Shown here in pieces: positions 36,693-49,640 of a stretch of DNA of 64,000 nt. Location of the stretch: contig NC_058368.1 in assembly GCF_018350175.1 (NCBI RefSeq), forward strand, positions 90,894,001-90,958,000, read 5' to 3'. The stretch is from Felis catus. Its lineage: Eukaryota. Positions within the stretch are counted from its first letter, which is position 1. Each line of letters starts with the position of its first letter. Below the pieces are notes generated by a model. It saw only the letters and a list, made by a program, of their open reading frames with translations. It did no database searches and was not told the origin of the DNA. The position numbers and the translations under genes are program-made.

Positions 36693-39600
36693 TAAGCCCT
36701 GGTTGTGTCCCCGGGGACCCAGGCACCCCTTCTGCAGGCCTGGTCCCAGGCTGAGCGTGAGCTCTGCTCTCACTGACCACATGGCATGGTGGGAGTACTG
36801 GGGTGCTGGGCGGGGGGCTCTGCTGTGGCTGCACATGGGCCACAACCAGCAAGTGTCAGGGAGCCGGGGAAGCACAAACTAGGCCTGCACTTGGGCCCGA
36901 GTTCAGTGCCCATGTCTGAGCCTGTTTCTCTGAAGAAGATATCTGCTGGCCCCAGACAGCCTCTCCTTCCTTCTGTGTGGTCCACTTTCCCTGCAATGAT
37001 GATTGACTGCCCCTTCCAGGCCACTCCCAGAGAAGGGTCCTGAGCTCTCTTTAGGCCCCATTTGGACCTTGCTTCCTCTGGTAGATAGCCAGATGCCGCG
37101 AGGGGAGGGGAGGGCATGACGAAGACCCCAGAAGTGCTCCCAGCAGCTTCAGCAGCCTGTACACAGACTCAGATCATTTTTTTTTCTTTCTTTTTCAACT
37201 TGGAACCAAGGTGCTCTCTGGGCCCAGGAGCATGGAAGGAGCTTCTGGATGGGCATGGTGACAGCTGCTGGCTGTAGCCCCTCAGACCCTTCAAGGAGTC
37301 TTGGCCTACCTCCAGCCCAAACCTCCCCTCTCTTCTTGGGATCTTGGGTACTGGGTTGCAGCAAGGCCAGGTTGGGGTCTGACCATGGTCCTAGCAGGCC
37401 TCACGGTCCTCAGGCCCCCAGGGACCAGATAAGGCTGCCTTGCCTGTGCCTAGGCTAGGCTCAGCCCCCAGCCTCTGGTCCTGATGGACCCCTGGCTGCA
37501 GATGGTCAGGGCAGCTGGGCCTTAGGTCAGGCTCATCTGCATGTGTACAGAGAGCCCCGAAGGCCCCGCTGGGCCAGCCCATCCATGCTGTGATTTGCCG
37601 AGACACCCCCATCACCCGAAGCCGCCCAGGCTCATTTATTTCAGGTCTCTCTGACTGCCCAGCTTGACAGATAAATTGGGCGCAGGCTGGCAAGGCACCA
37701 TTCTAATTTCAAGGAGTGGCAACAGATACCTTTGCAAAGCAATTGTTCCGTCAGGAAGCTCAGCGCTCTCTGGAGCTGATCAATACTTTGGGCGGACCCT
37801 TTTTCCCAGGTGATGAATTGCTGTCTGCCATGCCTTCTTCAGGCTCAGCCTTCCTGCCTCTTTCCTACCCATGGGCTTCTCCGCAGGGGGAGGAATGGAG
37901 AATGACCCCAGAGCGTGAGCATAAGAGTGAAAATAGGGCAGGCGAAATGCCCCGGATCAGGGATAAGGGACTATACTGGCCAGCTGTCCTTGGGCAAGTT
38001 TGGGCCTCTCTCTGTCCAGTGGGATCAGAAGGGCCTGTGTCTCAGAGAGCTGAAGGCTTTCGTCTTGATGCTTCTGGGCTCTGCTCAGTCTAGGTGAGGT
38101 AGAGCCTGCAAAGAGGGGCTGTCAGGTGCTCTGGGCTTGCTCCAATTCCAGATTCCATGTGGTGCCTATCTCCTGAATGTGGCAGCCTTCCCCCTTGGCC
38201 TTGCAGGCTTTGCCTTATTTTCTGGGCTTCTGTTGGTCTTTTGGTACCTTCTGTTAAATCCGTCCTCCCTTCCCGCCACCTATTGTTAGAACTCAGGATG
38301 CAGGAAAGGAATTTCAAACTACAAACAAACCTAGAAACCAGTGGCCTTAGAAGATGCTGGGAAAAGCTGGCTTCATGGGTTGGAGGCTGAGATTGTGCTA
38401 GAAGGTGGTAGGGTGTGGTGAAGGTATTCCAGCCTGGACCTTAGACCTCAGGCCTGGGCTTTGGGCGTGTAGGCTCCAGGCTGTGGGGCTGTGGGTGGTT
38501 GGTCCAGGCCACAGGCCCGGGGTCTGGGGCCAAGTCCCCTTTCAGTCATGTCCATGCCCAGTGTCAGCACGACCCTGTGCGGGTGACTTGGTCCACCCAC
38601 ACAGTGAGAGTACATTTCTCACCGGATGTGCCTGATTGTTCCCACTCACTCAGGACTGAGGCCCACTCACTGGCTGGAGGGGGTCCAGACGCAAGTTATG
38701 CTGGGGCTGGGCTGAGGGCCCACGGTGAACTTAGACAGTCCAGCTTTCCATTAGCCTGGGCCTTGTCCAGGCCCATAGTGTGTGTGTGCGCGCGTGTGTG
38801 TAAGCCAGGGGATCCTTTCTTCTAGTGAATTCTGATGGGGACTCTGATATATCAGTGTGGCTGTGGCTGAAATAAGCAGGAGGTGCTGACTTGAGGCTTC
38901 CCCCCCACCTCCCTACCCTCTCCCAAGGCAACTTCCGGAAGCAGGTTTGAAGCTCCCATGATGGGCCATGCATATGATAGGTTCTCTGGGGAAGGGAAAA
39001 TACCTGTTCTGGGTCTTCCAGTCTGGTGTGTGTGTGGGGGGGGTGGTGGCATCTGACTGGGTGTGGGGTTGGGGGTAGGGGTGCCTATTGGGGGTGGGTA
39101 GGTGTGTCCCACACAGCCCTTCCCGGGTGCTAAGACACACTGTCCTGTTTTCTCTGAGCACCTAACAGCCTTCCTGGAGTGCTCTCAGGAGGTCACCCAG
39201 CCTCAGAGAATTGTTATCACGAATAGTCTCCATCATCTGAGGTCAGTTGCTGGGCTGCAGACTACCCAGGGAAGAAGGATGGAAAGTGAAGGTGTTCACG
39301 TGTCTTGCCAGACTCAGGCCAGGGTCTGGCATGTGCTCAGAGCAGCTTAGCATATAATAGTGTTGCTCTTGGTCCCTGGAAGAGGGTATTAGGGTGAACA
39401 AAAGCTTGAGAGAGAGGAGGGGGGACCTTTTCTCTCCTGATTGCCCTACATACGTTGCAGAAGTGTTTCTGCTCAGCCCTGCTGGACCCAGGAGCCCAGA
39501 AGGGGCAGGAGGGCAGAGCTGAGGCCAGGGGGCCAGGGCGGCCTTTTGGGGACAGGTGGCGGAGGCATTTCCAGGCCTCCTCTGTGCCAGGCCTCACTCG

Positions 39601-39924
39601 GGTGCACCTGGCCTCATTCTCTGTCCCTGCCCTGAGCCAGCCCTGTGTCTGGGAGAGTATGTTGCTGGAGGGACTATATAACATCAGCTTTTTTGGTTTT
39701 TGTGAGCCTGTACGGGTGTGTGCATGCACTTTTGCACTTAGGCACATACGTGGATGGGGTCCCACTCTGAGTTCCGGGCCTACACCTGAGCCCTGCCCTG
39801 ACTGCCATCTGTCAACTCTGTCTGGGGCTGTGGAGGGGGAGCCAGGGCCAGCGGGTGTGGGAAGAGGAGCCCCAGTCTGGGCCGGAAGCCCTGCCTAGTA
39901 CTTGAGCCGGTGACCCTGGCACGT

Positions 39925-40402
39925 CACTCCCTCCTACTCTCTGGCTACCGCGACATACTGCCGCCAACTGGGTCGCTTAAAACAGCTGCAGTGCGTTATC
40001 CTCTCCCAGTTCTGGAAGGCGCAAGTCCGACAGGAGTTTCGTCTCTGGGCAGAAACCAAGTGTCCGCAGGGCCATGCTCCTTCTGGAGGCTGCGGGGCGA
40101 TCTGCTCCTGGTCTCGTCCAGCTTCTGGTGGCTGCTGGGGTCCCTTGGCTTGTGGCCACATCACTCCAGTCTCTGCCTCTTGGTCACACTGCCTCTTCCC
40201 CTTCTGTGTGTGTGTTTAGTCTCCCTCTGCCTCCCTCTGGTAAGAGTGCATGTGATTGCATTAAGGGGCCCATCCAGATGATCCAGAAGGGTCTCCCCCA
40301 TCTCAAGGTCTGTCATCTAATCACATCTGCAAAGTCCCTTTTTGTCATATAAGGTAACATTCACAGGTCCTAGGAATCTTGGGGGCCACCAGTCAGCTTA
40401 CA
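39925..40402 (-). mobile_element. MaLR solo LTR (MLT1D-like)
   Basis: gcttaaaaca...cagttctggaagg...ccttggcttgtggccacatcactccagtctctgcc...aatcacatctgcaaagtccctttt...aaggtaacattcacagg. Confidence 0.9.
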
Positions 40403-40889
40403 GAGGAAGTGAACCAGCCCTGTCGAGCAGGGCCATCTGTGCAGTGAATGGGATGCCCATCCTTAGAGGAGCAGGCACCCCTCGCTTCTTCTTGGGGCAC
40501 AGTGCTCAGGCACAGCTCAGGCAGGGCCATTTACCTCTGCCTCCGCCAGACTGTGGGGCCTGGAGAAGCTGGGCCGTTCTGTGGCCAGGCTGGCCCCAAG
40601 ACCACGTGCACAAAGCTGGCCTTGCCACTGACACTAAGAGCCTAGTTGTCTGTGGGAGGCTGAAGATCCCCACAAGGTGGGAGAGATCCCTGGGTCATGA
40701 GCTGGGCATGTGGTCTCTCCGTCAGGCACATGGTGCCATTAGCAGAAAGCCCTGCCATCCCAAGACACAAGGCCAACAGGACCCAGCGGACAGTGTCAGT
40801 GAGGACAGTGGCAGAGGGTAAGAAAAACAGCAACACCCATCCTTGGCCTGACTTTCATTTCCCTCCTTTTGATATAAATGATCGACACA

Positions 40890-41104
40890 GGGGTGCCTGG
40901 GTGGCTCAGTCGGTTAAGTGTCCAACTTGGGCTCAGGTCATGATCTCATAGTTCACGGGTTTGAGCACCACATCGGGCTCTGTGCTGACAGCTTGGAGCC
41001 TGGAACCTGCTTCCTATTTTGTGTCTCCCTCTGTCTCTGCCCCTCCCCTGCTCACACTCTGTCTCTCTCTCAAAAATAAACATGAAATAAGTTAAAAAAA
41101 AACA
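40890..41104 (+). mobile_element. Can-SINE (SINEC_Fc-like)
   Basis: ggggtgcctgggtggctcagtcggttaag head; TSD-like aatgatcgacaca / aatgactgacaca. Confidence 0.94.
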
Positions 41105-41289
41105 AGCAATGACTGACACAGAGAATTATGTCTCTACTAAAAGGCAAACAGTAGCGTGAATGTGGTGGCATGTGGCATCCAGCCATGGCCTCGTCGTGGG
41201 CACAGAGCTGACCGGAGGCCTCGTCCACAGGGGTAGCCCCTGCTTAGCTCCCCTGAGCATGACCTGGTGGAAGTGTGGCCCTGGGACAG

Positions 41290-41420
41290 TGATCCTCTTA
41301 CTGTCAAGAGAATCCAGACATCAGAACTTTCATGTGAACTCTCATGATTTAAAAATATTGCTTCAAATTTCTAAAAAGCTCCGTATGAGCCAAATAGGAC
41401 ATGGCCTCCATTGGCCACCT
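41290..41420 (+). mobile_element. MER103-like MITE
   Basis: tcaagagaatccagacatcagaactttcatgtgaactctcatgatttaaaaatattg. Confidence 0.55.
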
Positions 41421-42401
41421 GTGCTTATGAGATGCAGAGACGGAAGTGTCCTCTGTGCTTCTGTGGGGGGTGCTCTGCTAGGCCCCCTGCAGTCCCGGCA
41501 CATGCCCTCAGGATGGAGGAGGGGCTTCATGCCCCTGCTAGGTGGGTGGTCTCTGTCCCACAGAACTGCCCATGGGCCACTGTGTCCTCCTGCCTGCTTT
41601 GCTCTAAGTCTTGGCTGAAGGAAGAGAAGTCAGACAGCTCAGTGCTCGTGACCTTGGCTGTTGCCTCCTCGGAAGCAGCCCGTGCCAAGCCTCTGCCCAC
41701 TGCTGTCAGGCTGCGGCATCCTCCCTGGCGGGCAGAGGAGGCATGCCGCCCTCGGGAGCGTTCTGCCCTCCTGCTGCCAAGGAAAGCCAGCGAGAGAGCA
41801 CGGACAGGGTGCTGGCACTGTGTGCTCCTCCTAGTGGCTCCTCCACGTGGCCAGCCTGCAATCTCCATCCAGTGGCCCACAGTTGTTCCTCTGCTGACCC
41901 GCTGCGTATCTCCATCCATCACGGGACATTGCCTTAAGCAAGGTAGGAGTTTCCCAGGCCTCTGAGGAGTAGGGAAGGGGCTGCCTCAGGAGTGAAGCTG
42001 GAGGTAGGAGTGCAGGGCCAGGAGCCGGGGCGCCAGGCTGATGCTACGAACTGGCAGGGTCTGCAGCCTGGAATGTTCCAGAGCATGGATGGCTTCCTGC
42101 AGGCAGTGGGAGGCCTCAGTAGGAAAGGAGTCTGAGATAGTTCTGTGTCACAGCCAGCCATCTGTGGTCCAGGTTGGAGGCAGGGAGTCCAGAGTGGGGT
42201 GCAACGGAGAGAGAGTGGAGTCCTGTCAGGACAGGCCATGGATGGGAGGTGGGCAAGGCTCCACTCAATAGTAGGTAGATGACCAGGCCAATCTCGGTGA
42301 TGCAGTGAGTGTGAGGCATAAGGGAGAGGCTGAGGCCTGAAGGGGGTGTGGAGGGGGCCGCTAACTTGTTGGAGGCCAGATCGGGGAGGCTTTCCTCTCT
42401 G

Positions 42402-42843
42402 CGGTCTGTTTCCAGAGACACATTACCACAAGCTTGGTAGCTTAAAACAATACAGGTTTATTGTCTTACAGTTGTGGAGGCCAAAAATCCAAAATAGATC
42501 TTAAGGGGCTAAAACTAAGATGTCCATAAGGTTGGTTCCCTCTGGAGCATCAATGAGGAGAATCCTTTCCTAGCCTTTCCCAGCTTCTAATGTCCACCGG
42601 CATCCTTGGCTGGTGGGCACATCACTCTGGTCTCTGCTCCCTTGGTCACCGATTCCTCTTCTGTAGTCAGGTCTCCCTGACACTTGTGATTACATTTGTC
42701 CCATTGGGGTAATCCTACCCATTTCAGGAGCCTTAATGTGATTAAGTTAAGGGTAAGTTGAGTCCTGCTAACCATATAAGATAACACTTACAGGGTCTGT
42801 GGATTAGGCTGTGGACATTCCGGGGCCATGATTCAGCCTCCAT
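42402..42843 (-). mobile_element. MaLR solo LTR (MLT1D-like)
   Basis: attaccacaagcttggtagcttaaaacaatacaggtttattgtcttacagtt...ggattaggctgtggacatt...attcagcc. Confidence 0.88.
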
Positions 42844-45417
42844 GGTATCTAAATGTTAACGCCTGAGGTTCTGTCGGAGTGGGGAGAGAGGCCCTTGCCT
42901 GGCTTTGCACCCTGAACCCCAGGCCTGGCTGGTGTCTGGTGGCTTCTGTCTGTGTCCCCAACCTAGGCATCCCTGAGCCTCTTGCTGAAGCCCCACAGCC
43001 GGGTCTGGCCCTCATGGGTGGAGACCTGGGGGCTCTCATACCAGACTTGGCTTCATGCCCTGCCCAGCCAGCTCAGAGTTGCAGCTGAAAGCCTAGGGGC
43101 CTCCGAGCTTGATTCCCAGGGACCCTCATCTTCCCCTCCTCATTCCACCCCCCGGGGCTGTATCTGCAGTTCAGGGACCAGAGGAAACCCAAGGCAGTTG
43201 GCCTGGCTCCTGGAGGCATGTTTCAGAGTTGAGCGCACCCTTGGCAACGACCTCAGTGCTCCTGCTGCTCTGCGGCCAGCCCCCCTGGACGGCTGCAGGA
43301 GATGCCAGCGTGGTGATGTGGCTTCACGCCCGAGGGGTGGGCTGGGGTGGGCGCTGGGACAGCCAGGGCTGCACATTCTTGAGGCCTGGATATTTGTCTG
43401 GGGTCAAACTTAGAAGAGCGCCCCAGAGCTGTCGGCAAGCAGGGGCTGTGCTTGTTCCCCAGGCTCTACACACGGGGGCCCTGGCCAGTGGTGGGTTATG
43501 CAGTGGAGATTTGCTAGGTGTGGCCCTCGAGACACAGTGTGACTGGCACTCTGCCTGGGTGCCGTGGACAGCCCACGTGCTCAGCTGCTTTCCTCAGACA
43601 TAAATTGAGCAGTCTCTGTGTCTCGGGCCTGCTCTCCTCCCTCCTTCCCTCCTCCTGAGTTTGTGTGGAATTTTGTCCAGGGGTGGAGCCAGCCAAGTGA
43701 TCGTGGCCCAGGAGAGATCTGATCTTTGCCGGAGCACCATGAACGATGATGAATGCGACTTGGAGATGGAGGCTTGGCCCTGGCCTGGGGGTGGCCCCAG
43801 CTCAGGTGCAAGAGACAGTTCTCAGAGACAGGCCAGTGGTTCTCACAAGAGCCAGGCAGTTTGGTGTAGAAGTCGAGTGTATCCACCTCATCTGTGAAAT
43901 GGGTGCAATGGCACAGGGCGCATGGCACTTAAACAGCTTTGGCACGGCACCTGCTCCATCTTTGCTGTTACCCATTATTCCGATTCAGGCTGTTTGCTCA
44001 GGCTCTGCAGGTCCTCTGCCCTCACTGCCCCTTCTCCGTGGCTCTCTCTTCCACAGACACAATCAACTGCTGCTCCTTCTTTTCTTCCTTTATATTTGTA
44101 TTGCGAATGTCCCCCAGAGAGGTAACCACGCCTGGTTTCCAGATAACACGCTGCTGGGGAGTTGAAGCTGTGTCTGCTCCAGGCGCGTCTGGAGTTTAAT
44201 TAGTAAGAGCAGTGTGTCTGGGTGCCGCGTTGGCCGTGGGCTCCACATGGCCTGCTCTTTGCGGGTTCCTCAGCACAGCAGACTGGGATGTTTCTGGGAG
44301 AGACGTGATGTCTCCAGGGGCAACTTAACACGTCTGTGGCGTTTGTGCTTTAGATGTGCCAGCCGGCCTGCCTGGGGTGGGAACAGCTGGGCCTGAGTCT
44401 CCATGGGGACCCTGGTGAGCCTCTCTGCACACCTCAGGTACCCCCATGGGATGACTGCGAAGGAGGCATGGGCTCCTGTGTGCTGTGTCCACACAACGAG
44501 GGGCAGAGGGCAGGGTCCTAGGACATGGACCTCTTGGGGACGTGGAGGGGCCCAATGGCAAGTGAGAAGTGCTGGGTCCTAGCATCTGGGATATTGGGCT
44601 GCAGAGACAGCTCCAGGGGTGCCCAAATGGGACAGGAGGCCCTTCCCCAGAAGAAGAAACTGGGTTTGAACCCAGGGTCTGAACTCTGAGGATTTGTACA
44701 AGGTGGAGGCCCCTAATCCCAGGCCCTGTTTCCTCTCAGAAATCTCTGCAGGGCTGTAGACACTTCAGCTAGCTCCATGCCTGAAGTGTTTTCTAGAAAA
44801 ATTTCCAATTTTCCTTGACCCATTTCTCTTTGAAATTAATATTAAGCAGCACTGTGCACTTGGCCCTGAAGGAACTCTGAGCTGCGAAAAGGTCACACGA
44901 TTAGATGGAAATGTTGCTGTCTGGCTCTCTCCCCCTCTCATGCTCAGGCTCCCCTCTCTCACTCTGTCTCCCCTCCTTTCTTGCACATGCACGCTTGCTC
45001 ACACATGTTTGGAATTCGGGCCAGCTTCTGGGGCTGGAGCTGGGGTGTCTCTCCCAGAGCTTCTGACTTGGCTCCCTCTGTCTGGACTCAGTCTTGGGGT
45101 GTGGGCTTCATCCCATGATGTGCAGCTGGAGCACCTCCTGGGGGGATGTCCAGGCAAAGTGAGGGGTACACCTGGGACGAGGTCAGGGCTCAGGTGAGAG
45201 GTTGCACAGGATTCAGGGCCAGGGCCAGGAGGGGAACATGGCCTTGAAGCGGGGCCTGCCCAAGGAGGTGGATGGCACCGACCTGGGCTGGGGATGGACC
45301 AGGTACCTGGTGATGCTCCCCAGGCACAGGGGGAGCAGTGGGAATGACAGTTGTACTCCTGAAATGACAGACTCCTGAGATGGGACACTGAGGCTTAGAA
45401 GGGGCACCTTTGTTCTC

Positions 45418-45950
45418 TCATTCATTCATTCATTCATTCACTCAAGACATTCTTACTGTGCACCCACCTTGTTTCTGGGCCTGGATTGGGTGCTGGGGAT
45501 ATATCAGGGGATAAGCCAAAGGAAGTCCCTGCTCTTTCAGAGCTCACCAGCCCGCAGGGGACACACAGGGAGCAGAGGGGTAAATCATCCAATGGAGTAA
45601 AATCCAAGAGTAGGGTAGCGTGACAGAGGGGGGGTAAGGGAGGGAGCTACTTCAGGTGGGAGGCGAGGCAAACCTGGCTGGTGGGAAGGCCTGCCCCAGG
45701 AGGACTGCTCCAGACAGAGGGGATAGCAGATGCAGAAGCACTGGGTGCTGGGCCTGGGGAAGTGGTGAGGGCTAGGTCTGTGCAGTTTGGGTGCAAGGTG
45801 GGCCTTGTTCTCCCAGCTGTGGGAAGCCTTTGGAGGCTCTCAGTGGAGACATTGGGAACAGGGAGGCCTGTGAGGCATCCTGGGTGGTCCCCCCGGCCAG
45901 TGACAGATGGTGGGCAGATGGGTTCAGGGTGTGCCTTGAGGTAGAGCTCA
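45418..45950 (-). mobile_element. LINE-2 3' end
   Basis: (CATT)n tail followed by ..ggtgctggggata..gtccctgctct..gagctcac and later tgggaagcc..tggagg. Confidence 0.72.
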
Positions 45951-46689
45951 CGGGACGTGGGTGTAAAGGGAGGGGTCAAGGGCGGCTCCTGGCTCTTGAA
46001 AGGCCTGAGGGCCCTGGAAGGTGGTGGATGGTTGTAACCCAGCTGAGGCAGGGATCCTGGAGGAGGAGAGGCAGGTCAGGTGGCCCGGCCAAGTGCAGAA
46101 GCCAGAATTGGGGCCCGTCCTCCCGACCTCTGGGCTGCACCCCTTCCACTGCTCCTGGCTGCCCTGGTTCAGATCAGGGAGGTTTCCCGGAACAGATGGT
46201 GCCAGCCATAGGCCAAGCCCATTTGGCTTCCAGACTCTGGGGTTGGGGGCGGGGACCCCAGACACAGCCCCACAGGTAGGCAGATTCTGGGTTGTAAAGC
46301 TTCTCCTGCTCCTGGGGGCAGAGGCCCTGCTCTGTGGGACAGTGTTGCTGGTCACCGTGTACTGTCCAGGGTCCCCAAGGATGTACATGTGTCCTTGCCT
46401 CTCTGACAAGCCACGTTTTTCTTTCCCACTCTGCCACTTTGGGGAGGGGCTCTGGATCTGCTAGGGTGGATGGAAGCTTGTGGGAGTGTTCAGGGCAGGC
46501 TGTCATCCAGCTGCTGTTTGAGACAGCAGTAATGCCCCTGCCTTTAGGACAACCTCTCTTGGTATTTGGGTTTGGGGACCTCCTGGCAGGGGGCCTTGGA
46601 TTCCTCTCCTGTTGCTAACCCTGCTGGCCACAGACTGAGCCAGTCCTGATGCCCTGGAGCCCTGGCTCTGAGCAGCTGTTAAGAAGTAC

Positions 46690-47200
46690 TTGCAGAGTGA
46701 CTGAAATAATCATGGAGTCCAAGTGCACATGGGGCAGGGCCAGACTGGTTTCCTACTGCAGCTCCCCCCCCCCCCCCCCCCCCCGTCTCCAAATCCTCAC
46801 CAGCACAGGGGCTTCGGTGACCGATATTTTGCTGATCTGGCAGGGGAAGCAGTGCTGCTCTTTGCTTTTGTTTGTGCTTCTCTGATGGCCAGAGAGGTTG
46901 AATGATCTCCCAGAGTGTGATTGCTTTGTGTGTCTCCTCTTCCTGTTTAAGTCCTTTGCGCGTTCACCTCCTGGGGTCTTACATATTGGGATAAGCCCTT
47001 TATCTGCTTATCGACTTTCTGTCACGTTTGATACAAGCCTCTCCCCCCAGGCTCTGGCTCCCCTTTTCTTTTCGGTTTTATTTATTTTCATTGCACAAAA
47101 GCCGGTCTTTCCAGAGCCCGGTCTGTGAGTGATTCTTCTCCTGTCCCTGGAGCTGTGTTGGTGGCTCAGGGACATGTGTTTATCGAGGCCTATGGGAGGA
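46690..47200 (-). mobile_element. Ancient L1 (L1ME-like) ORF2 3' fragment, GC-shifted
   Basis: atcctcaccagcac...ttctctgatggccagagaggttga...cctgtttaagtcctttgc, collinear with antisense L1 ORF2 end. Confidence 0.6.
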
Positions 47201-47209
47201 CAGCCTCAC

Positions 47210-47370
47210 CTATGCAGGCATTCACCAGGGCACTGCAGGCACATCATCTCTGGACTCGTGCAAAGACCCCGTGGGCTTGGTTGTGCCCACTTTACGGATG
47301 AGGAACCTGAGATAGCCACACAGCTGGTAAGTTGTGAGAGCCACAATTGAAGGCGGGCTGTCAGCCCCCA
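47210..47370 (-). mobile_element. MIR
   Basis: cccactttacggatgaggaacctgaga...cacacagctggtaagt. Confidence 0.7.
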
Positions 47371-49494
47371 CGTGTGGCAGGGAGGAACAAGCTAGGACCC
47401 ATGGCTGCCTGGCTTCCTGTGTGGCATCTCCTTTCCACCCTCAGAACTCTGTCCGTCTTTGGGAAGCATGCAGAAACTGAAGCCCAGTGAGGGTGTGAAG
47501 AAGTATCTCATGTCACCTGTCTTATTAGCTGCGGGGAGAATTTTCTGCTTGCTGCTGAATTCCTGGCATTGGGTAGAGTGTCTGCCACACAGTTGGCATC
47601 TGAATATCTATGAACAGAAAATGAATGTGGCTGCCCTCGAGGCCTGGCCACACGGTCCTCATTCCTAGGGAAGCGGTTGGTCCTGGTAGGTATTTGAGGG
47701 CTTGCTACTGAAGCCCAATTTTATTACTGCAACTTATACTCCCTGCGCTGAGGATTCTTGGGTTTGTGCCGGTGGAATGTTGCCGGGGCCAAGGTTGCCC
47801 TGGGACGTCAGGTGGCCCTGGGCCTTTGCTGCTGCACTGGGGAGACTAGCTGGGGACAGCAGTGCTCTTCGGGCAGGGGAAGGCCTGCTGCACTGCCCCC
47901 AGTGTCCTCTGGCTAGCATTCACTGTGTCATTGTCTTTGAACATGAAGTGCCCTGTGGAAACCATATCCTTTGTTCGCTTACTCATTCAATCCATTCACC
48001 AGATCTTTACAGATGGCCCACGCAGGGCCGGCAATGGGCCAGGCTCTGGGACTCTGGGAGCCAGACAGACATAGCCCCCTCACATCCCCACCCCCTACCC
48101 TCACACAGCTTGTGGTGACCCGGGAGGTCCCCAAAGGCCTGTGCAGTTAGAAATGATGGGAAATGCCGTAAACTGACCACAGTGACTGGGAGGTGGAGCC
48201 ACATCTGAAGTGTGGGTTGTAGTTCACTGGGAGAGGAGAGGGGCGGAGGCAGCAGGGGTGAGTGCAGTGCCCTGAGGGGAGTGCCTTTTGGAGGTGCAGT
48301 AGGAGGGGCCTGAGGGGCTGATGGGGGTGGGTCCCGTGGCCCAGTCTTAGAGGGTGGGGTGGTGCCCGGTGTAAGTGGAGAAGCAGTGTGGCCTGGTTCC
48401 GTGGCAGGGCAGGGAGGGGGGAGGAGGAGGAACACGCAGGGAGCCCTGAGGAGGCCACTGATGTGGCCCCAGAGAGAGACTGGGGTCTGGACCCAGTTGG
48501 CTGGGGATCGGAGAGGATGCAATATGGAGCCATAGAGCCGCAGGAATGTTGGGGGTCCTGGTAGGTGATCTTCACAGTGGCCAGAGGGGAATGCTGCCCG
48601 CCAGAAAGTACCACATTCCCATCCAGGCCTGCCCCAAGGTCAGGGAGGAGCCAGAACCACAGCTCCTAGGCAGGCACCTCCCATACTCCCTGCCCCCACC
48701 TTGGCCTGCAGACCCAGCAAGGCAGCACTTGCCAGAATCCTCTCTTTGCTGGGGCCCAGGCCTGGGAGGTATCTGTGTGTCTGGGTTTTTTTTTTTTTTT
48801 TTTTTTTTTTAGGCTTCTATCCAGAGCTCTCTGGACTCATGTTTGGGATGGGTTAAAACGCCATCTGCAGATTCCTCGCTGGAAGTTTCTTTGGTGATTT
48901 CGGGGTCTCCAGGGTGTGCTGTGGGGCTTGTGTTCACCCTCTATCCTCAGTGCTTTTACGGTTCACAGGATGGGGCCAGCACTGGTCAGGTGTGGGAGGA
49001 CACGTGCACTTGGCAGGTGATGGAGTTAGGGCAACAAAGAGCTGAGGCACTGGGCCAGCGTGGGTGGGCTAAGGACCAAGAGCCGCCCTGAGATCCCCAG
49101 ACCACAGGCACGAGTCCTCAGTGGGACACAGAAGTTCGAGATGAGCCAAGTTCAGTTAAGGTTGTTTGGGTTGGGGGGCTCAGAGGGGCTCAGGTTATAG
49201 GCAAGGAGAATGAGGGCCTGCTAGGCCCCTCCCCCCAACACAGAGCTGCAGGCTGGAGGTTGTGCCTTGGGTGTGGGAATCTGTGTCCAGTGCCAAGGTT
49301 CAGGAGGTGCAGACCCCTAGAGGGGTCAGAGCCCTCTAGGACAGAAGCTTGTGTCCCTGTGACCTTGCCCAGAGTCTCGGGTGTCCACTGAGGGTAGTGA
49401 GGGGCACAGTTCTGCAGGGTAGGGCTGGATGGGCAGCATAGGAAGAGGTGGGCTGGCATGGGGACATAGGCCACCTTGGGGTCAGTGGCAGGAG

Positions 49495-49640
49495 GGCTTC
49501 TGATTTCTCAGGAGAAGCCGGAAATTGTGATTTTATGTAAAACCTCTTCATTTCCAAGTGTTGGCAGCTGATTCAAAAATTTCAAAAGCTGCATATGGGT
49601 CAAGCAGGTCCCCGGTGGCGGTGGGTGCAAGAGTCACGGG
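49495..49640 (+). mobile_element. MER103-like MITE
   Basis: cttctgatttctcaggagaagccggaaattgtgattttatgtaaaacctc...gttggcagctgattcaaaaattt. Confidence 0.65.
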
